Below are positions 59,807 through 64,000 of a stretch of 64,000 nt of DNA, one piece after another. Numbering within the stretch: the stretch's first letter is position 1; every line of letters starts with the position of its first letter. The translations under genes and the position numbers were made by a program. This stretch comes from a virus (lineage: Duplodnaviria; Caudoviricetes). Where the stretch lies: positions 7,634 through 71,633 of IMG/VR virus record IMGVR_UViG_3300034151_000114; one strand, written 5' to 3'. A model generated the notes under the pieces. That model was not told the DNA's origin, did no database searches, and saw nothing but the letters and a program-made list of their open reading frames with translations.

Positions 59807-61683
59807 TGGCAGCGAAGATCCGCTATCTGGCCAACCCCCAGTCCACGACCGGTGACTCGATAGCGATCGAGATTCCGGCCTGCGAGCCGGGGGACCACCT
59901 CTACGTCGGCGTGGTCACCTACGCCCCGTTCGCCGAGACCCTGGCGGCATGCGTGGACTTCCCGACGCCCGACGGATGGGACGAGCCGCTCACCATTCCG
60001 ATCTCCGAGTCGGCCACTGTGGTCGGCCGGTTCTCCGTGTTCTGCCGGGTCGTTCCGCCCGAGGGGCTCTCCGGTGACTTCACCGTGACGGTCCCGACGA
60101 GCGCCACCCAGAAGTTCACCTTCTCCGTGGGGGCGAGCATCATGGATGTTGGCGGGACCCCCGGCATTGACATCTTCTTCAGTGGGCCGCACAACACCGA
60201 CGATGCTCCGACCTCGGCGATCCCGGTGCACCAGGACGACACGGTGGTCGTGCAGCTCGGGGCCTCCGTCGGGCAGTTCCCCTCCTTCGCCCTTCCGCCC
60301 CCCTACATCGTCGGGGCGCCTCAGCGAACGAACCTGCTCTACGGCGGTGAGGTGCGGCTCGCCATCACGGCTCCGCTCGATGCCGACGTGGCAGCGTTGG
60401 GGACTTCCATCGAGGCGCCCCAGCTCCTCACTGGCGGGACCGGGTGGTACGTCCTGGGCGGCATCGCCCTCATCCCGACCACCGGGACCGTGGGGTTGCC
60501 GTCCACGGCGGAGTTCCGGCGGTTGCAGCTCGGTTGCGCCGATGACTACAGGGTCTTCATCACCAGCTCCGACTACCAGACGGTGATCGACGGGGTCGGC
60601 TGGAGCGACATCGAATGGAACCTCGCCCTCGACGAGTCGGCCACTGCTGAGGTGACCGTGCCGTCCAGGTTCGGCGGGGTCAAGTGCTGCGCTCATCTCG
60701 GGGGCCTGCGCCCGTGGAGGTACGGGCTGCGCATCGAGCGCAACGATGTCGAGGTCTGGTCCGGTCCGGTCACGTCGATCAACCGGGTCTCCAACGGGGT
60801 CAGGGTCGGAGCCTCTGATGTCATGGCCCGATTCCAGAAGCGGCTGACCACGCGCGACACGGACCTGCACTTCAGCAACGCCGACGCCGGGGTCGCCTTC
60901 GCTGCGGTCGTTCTCGCAGCCCAGATCGCCGGAGAGCAGTGGTCGCTCGAACCACCCGAGGTCACCGTCGGTAAGCCGTTGACGCGCACGGTCCAGGTCG
61001 CCGACTTCGAGATGGCCTTCGACGTGATCCAGGACCTTGCCGACTCCAGCATCGACTTCTGGGTCCGCAAGAACGTCCTGTACGTCTTCTCGCCCGGCGT
61101 CGGTTGGATGTACTGGGACGGGATCCACACGGTTCTGCTCGAAGGGCCGTACAACGCCGGGAAGGAGCTGGTCTACGGGACTTTCACGGAGAGGAACTTC
61201 GTCGAGTTCCCGATGTGGTCGCTGAACGGCTGGGCGCAGGGGAACGAGATCTGGATCCCCGGCGCCGACACCGGGGAGGACGGGTCCCGACGCCTGTGGA
61301 CCGCTTCGGACCCCGGCTCGATCCCGTACGACGGGGTGCTCGACTTCGTCGAGACCGGAACGCTCTACCGGCCCGAGGACGAGGACTCCATCACCGACGA
61401 CATGATGCAGCACTTCGCCGACACGGCGCTCGCCCAGAGGGCTCAGGCCCCCGCCATCGTCGAAGGGGTGGCCTTGGCGGACAACGCCCCCGTCGATGTC
61501 GAGAACCTCCGGCCCGGTTCGCTGTGGCAGCTCGACATCTTCGACGACTGCTACGGGCAGCTCCTCCAGACGACCCGCTTGAAGCGGGTCAAGGTGTCGG
61601 CGTCCAAGTCCCAGGAGGGCCAAGTGACTGAGCGCGTCGAGCCGACCCTGTTCCCGGTCGGGTTCACCAATGAGGAGGCCTGA
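59806..61683 (+). CDS. minor tail protein (baseplate hub / Gp37-like C-terminal half)
   Basis: TGATG coupling. W...LD....A.V, PW...L.I.R....VW.GPV. Confidence 0.75.
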   Translation: MAAKIRYLANPQSTTGDSIAIEIPACEPGDHLYVGVVTYAPFAETLAACVDFPTPDGWDEPLTIPISESATVVGRFSVFCRVVPPEGLSGDFTVTVPTSATQKFTFSVGASIMDVGGTPGIDIFFSGPHNTDDAPTSAIPVHQDDTVVVQLGASVGQFPSFALPPPYIVGAPQRTNLLYGGEVRLAITAPLDADVAALGTSIEAPQLLTGGTGWYVLGGIALIPTTGTVGLPSTAEFRRLQLGCADDYRVFITSSDYQTVIDGVGWSDIEWNLALDESATAEVTVPSRFGGVKCCAHLGGLRPWRYGLRIERNDVEVWSGPVTSINRVSNGVRVGASDVMARFQKRLTTRDTDLHFSNADAGVAFAAVVLAAQIAGEQWSLEPPEVTVGKPLTRTVQVADFEMAFDVIQDLADSSIDFWVRKNVLYVFSPGVGWMYWDGIHTVLLEGPYNAGKELVYGTFTERNFVEFPMWSLNGWAQGNEIWIPGADTGEDGSRRLWTASDPGSIPYDGVLDFVETGTLYRPEDEDSITDDMMQHFADTALAQRAQAPAIVEGVALADNAPVDVENLRPGSLWQLDIFDDCYGQLLQTTRLKRVKVSASKSQEGQVTERVEPTLFPVGFTNEEA

Positions 61684-62173
61684 CATCCCGTACCGTTACC
61701 TACCCGAGCGCAACCTGGCCCGTCAGCAGAGGGACCTCAGCGTCGAGCGGCGCCTGCGGTTCCTGTCCCGCCGGGTCCGTTACCCGAGCGCCACTCGCAC
61801 GGCCGAGCTGGACCTGGCGAACACGACGACCGGGGTCTCGGCCGTCTACCTTTCGATCGTCGTCGATCCGGGGATGTGGTTCGTCGCCGCTGCCGGGAAC
61901 GTGAACTTCGAGAGCGGGACCAACGGGGAGGAGTCGGGGACCCTGACGGTGACGGCGTACTCGGCGCTCACCGGGGCCTCCCTGGGGGTGGTCATGCAGC
62001 CCCAGTCCAGGCGCGACGGCGGGATCACCGATGTCAGGATGGCCCTGGCGTCGTTCGACGTTCTCCATGCCGACGAGCGGGTCCGCCTCGACCTGACGGT
62101 TTCGTCGGGCACCGTTGGCGCCGCCAAGGCCGTGCAGCTCGCCAACCTACGGATCTACGCGATCCCGCTGTGA
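61670..62173 (+). CDS. minor tail protein
   Basis: Synteny. NLARQQ.DL..ERR. Confidence 0.6.
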   Translation: MRRPDIPYRYLPERNLARQQRDLSVERRLRFLSRRVRYPSATRTAELDLANTTTGVSAVYLSIVVDPGMWFVAAAGNVNFESGTNGEESGTLTVTAYSALTGASLGVVMQPQSRRDGGITDVRMALASFDVLHADERVRLDLTVSSGTVGAAKAVQLANLRIYAIPL

Positions 62174-62177
62174 GAGG

Positions 62178-62954
62178 ATGACCGGCGTGGGACTCTGTGG
62201 ATCCGCCTCTTGTGGGTGCGCCTTCACGGGCGATGGGACCACGATCGACATCACCGGGTCCGGCGAGCCGGGTGATCCCTTTGTGATATCCGGTTCCCCG
62301 GTAGCGAACCCGGTCGCCCGCGTGTACCTGGCCGACGCTAGCTGGGTGAAGCCGTCCGGGGTCAAGTACGTGCTCGTCGAGTGCATCGGCGGAGGCGGTG
62401 GCAGCGGCGGGGGAGCCGCCACTGGTGCCAGCCAGGCCTCTGCTGGGGGCGGGGGCGGGGGCGGGGGGTACACGCGCAAGCTTGTCCTCGCTGCGGCCCT
62501 GGGGGCATCCGAGACCGTCACTGTGGGTGCTGGAGGCTCTGCTGGGGCCGCCGGGAACAACGCCGGGGGTGCTGGATCGGGCAGCTCGTTCGGGGCCCAC
62601 TGCGTAGCGAACGCCGGAACCGCCGGGGCCGGGAGCGGCGTCATCGCCTACGGGGGCGGGTTCTGTGCCAACGGTGGTGCGGGTGGGGCCTCGCACGCTT
62701 CGGGTGATCTGAGCATTCCCGGGAGCAACGGAGTCCCCGTTGCCTCCTTCAACCGGATGATTCGCAGCCCTGGCGGAGCGTCCGCCCTCACCCCCGGGAT
62801 CACTGGGGCCGTGACGACAACGACCCTCACCGGGGTCGCCGGGTTCGTTCCCGGCGGGGGAGCGGCCGGTGGGGTCAACACGGCGTCCCAATCGGCCGTG
62901 GCTGGGGCCGTAGGAGGAGCTGGCGCCGTGATCGTCTACGAGTTCTACGGGTAG
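62178..62954 (+). CDS. glycine-rich tail protein (alternative start 62187)
   Basis: GLCGSASCGC N-terminus, W.KP.G...V.VE.IGGGGG, GAGG.G.VIVYE.Y. Confidence 0.75.
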   Translation: MTGVGLCGSASCGCAFTGDGTTIDITGSGEPGDPFVISGSPVANPVARVYLADASWVKPSGVKYVLVECIGGGGGSGGGAATGASQASAGGGGGGGGYTRKLVLAAALGASETVTVGAGGSAGAAGNNAGGAGSGSSFGAHCVANAGTAGAGSGVIAYGGGFCANGGAGGASHASGDLSIPGSNGVPVASFNRMIRSPGGASALTPGITGAVTTTTLTGVAGFVPGGGAAGGVNTASQSAVAGAVGGAGAVIVYEFYG

Positions 62955-62962
62955 GTCTGAAC

Positions 62963-63727
62963 GTGGGTCTCTGCGGATCACAGAACTGCGGCTGCGCCAT
63001 ACAGTCCGACTCGCTCACGATCACCGGCTCGGGAACCGGCCCGAGTCCGTGGCAGATCGAGCTGGCCGGGGTGGTGCAGACGAGCGTCGTCAACGTGTAC
63101 ACGACCAACGACACGTGGACCAAGCCAGCAGGGCTCGCCTTCATCGTCGTCGAGCTGGTGGGTGGAGGTGGCGGAGCGAGCGGGGCGGACGCCACGGGAG
63201 CGGGCCAGATCGCCATCGGAGGCGCAGGCGGGGGAGGCGGCTATTCCCGCAAGACGATCCTGGCCGCCTCCCTCGGGGCGAGCGTGGCGGTGACGGTCGG
63301 GGCGGGGGGCACCTCCAGCGGGACCGGGACCGGCACAGGAGGCACCGGGGGCTCCTCCAGCTTCGGGGCCCACTGTTCGGCAACCGGCGGAGCGGGGGGC
63401 GCCGGGGGGGCGTCGCTGACCGCCCCCACCGTCTGCTCAGGTAGTGCTGCGGGCGGGTCCGGCACCGGGGGTGACGTCAACATCGACGGCAGCCGAGGGG
63501 TGGCCGCACATGGGACGGCACCCCGGATCGCCAGAGGCGCCGGGGGGGCGTCGATGTTGGGCCCCACCATAGCGGCCTCCGCCGTCACCGCGTCCGGGGC
63601 CGGTGTCGCCGGGAGGCCGTACGGTGGCGGGGCGCTGGGCGGGGCGAACGTCCAGAGCGATGGGACGGCGCGCGCCGGAGCGGCCGGGAGCGCCGGGGTC
63701 GTGATCGTCACCGAATATCTGACCTGA
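62963..63727 (+). CDS. glycine-rich tail protein, paralog of the previous gene
   Basis: GLCGSQNCGC, WTKPAG...I.VELVGGGGG, G..GVVIVTEY. Confidence 0.75.
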   Translation: MGLCGSQNCGCAIQSDSLTITGSGTGPSPWQIELAGVVQTSVVNVYTTNDTWTKPAGLAFIVVELVGGGGGASGADATGAGQIAIGGAGGGGGYSRKTILAASLGASVAVTVGAGGTSSGTGTGTGGTGGSSSFGAHCSATGGAGGAGGASLTAPTVCSGSAAGGSGTGGDVNIDGSRGVAAHGTAPRIARGAGGASMLGPTIAASAVTASGAGVAGRPYGGGALGGANVQSDGTARAGAAGSAGVVIVTEYLT

Positions 63728-63765
63728 TCCCCCGCCGTCGCAGCCCGGTCTGATATCTTGCGGCC

Positions 63766-63906
63766 ATGGCTGGCGAGACCACCGTCGACTGTTCCCACGA
63801 ATCGTACGACGTCTCGGACCACGGACCGGTGCCCCCCGTCGACCCCGATACCGAGCGCAGGCTGCGTGAAGAAACGGCGAAAGAGGCCAAGGACAAGGGG
63901 TTCTGA
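63766..63906 (+). CDS. 46-aa hypothetical protein (leaderless start)
   Basis: TGA-TATCTT lies 6 nt before ATG. Confidence 0.6.
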   Translation: MAGETTVDCSHESYDVSDHGPVPPVDPDTERRLREETAKEAKDKGF

Positions 63907-63909
63907 CCC

Positions 63910-64000
63910 TTGGGTGAGTTCTGGATGTCTCGGACGACCAGGGACATCCTGCACTACTTCGACAGGCGAAAGATCGTCTACGTCGAGGTCGACACGGTCG
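63910..64000 (+). CDS. 3'-truncated ORF, possibly an endolysin N-terminus
   Basis: MGEFWMSRTTRDILHYFDRRKIVYVEVDTV loosely resembles the W...DVL...G..VVEV start of actinophage amidases. Confidence 0.3.
   Translation, partial: MGEFWMSRTTRDILHYFDRRKIVYVEVDTV

Noticed and set aside
62178-63727. Diversity-generating retroelement acting on the paralogous tail genes
   Set aside because: No reverse transcriptase, and no template/variable repeat pair with adenine-specific mismatches.
1-64000. Prophage with integrase/att sites or flanking host genes
   Set aside because: No tyrosine or serine recombinase motif and no host housekeeping genes. A temperate lifestyle cannot be excluded because part of the genome is outside the window.

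Overview
This window is most of the genome of a high-GC tailed (siphovirus-type) phage of an actinobacterial host. It is probably circularly permuted: tail-fibre-like genes sit at the left edge and tail genes at the right edge. Layout: 1-8.2 kb (+) repeat-rich virion proteins, WhiB-like regulator, DUF1360-like membrane protein, small and large terminase. 8.1-26.2 kb (mostly -) about 50 early and replication genes, including a LexA-type HTH, RusA-like resolvase, SSB, HIRAN, DUF932, DUF3846 and a lipoprotein. 26.2-28.4 kb a repeat-rich non-coding switch region around one orphan gene. 28.4-37.3 kb accessory genes, a DNA methyltransferase, a leftward array of mini-genes with a dCMP deaminase, and an AAA_25 helicase. 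37.3-64 kb (+) portal, protease, two capsid-like proteins, a glycosyltransferase/methyltransferase cassette, adaptor, major tail, chaperone frameshift pair, a 2310-aa tape measure protein and minor tail genes. I found no integrase, DNA polymerase, tRNA or CRISPR array. The most unusual signals are: a ~30-bp module repeated at the junctions of consecutive mini-genes (32.3-33.8 kb); a 39-bp element shared only by the major capsid and major tail upstream regions; at least 18 leaderless-type promoters contrasted with a block of maximal Shine-Dalgarno sites; a virion-region glycosylation cassette with a frameshifted gene; and two antisense genes with their own promoters inside the structural operon. 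All family assignments come from motif recognition by eye, not from database searches.
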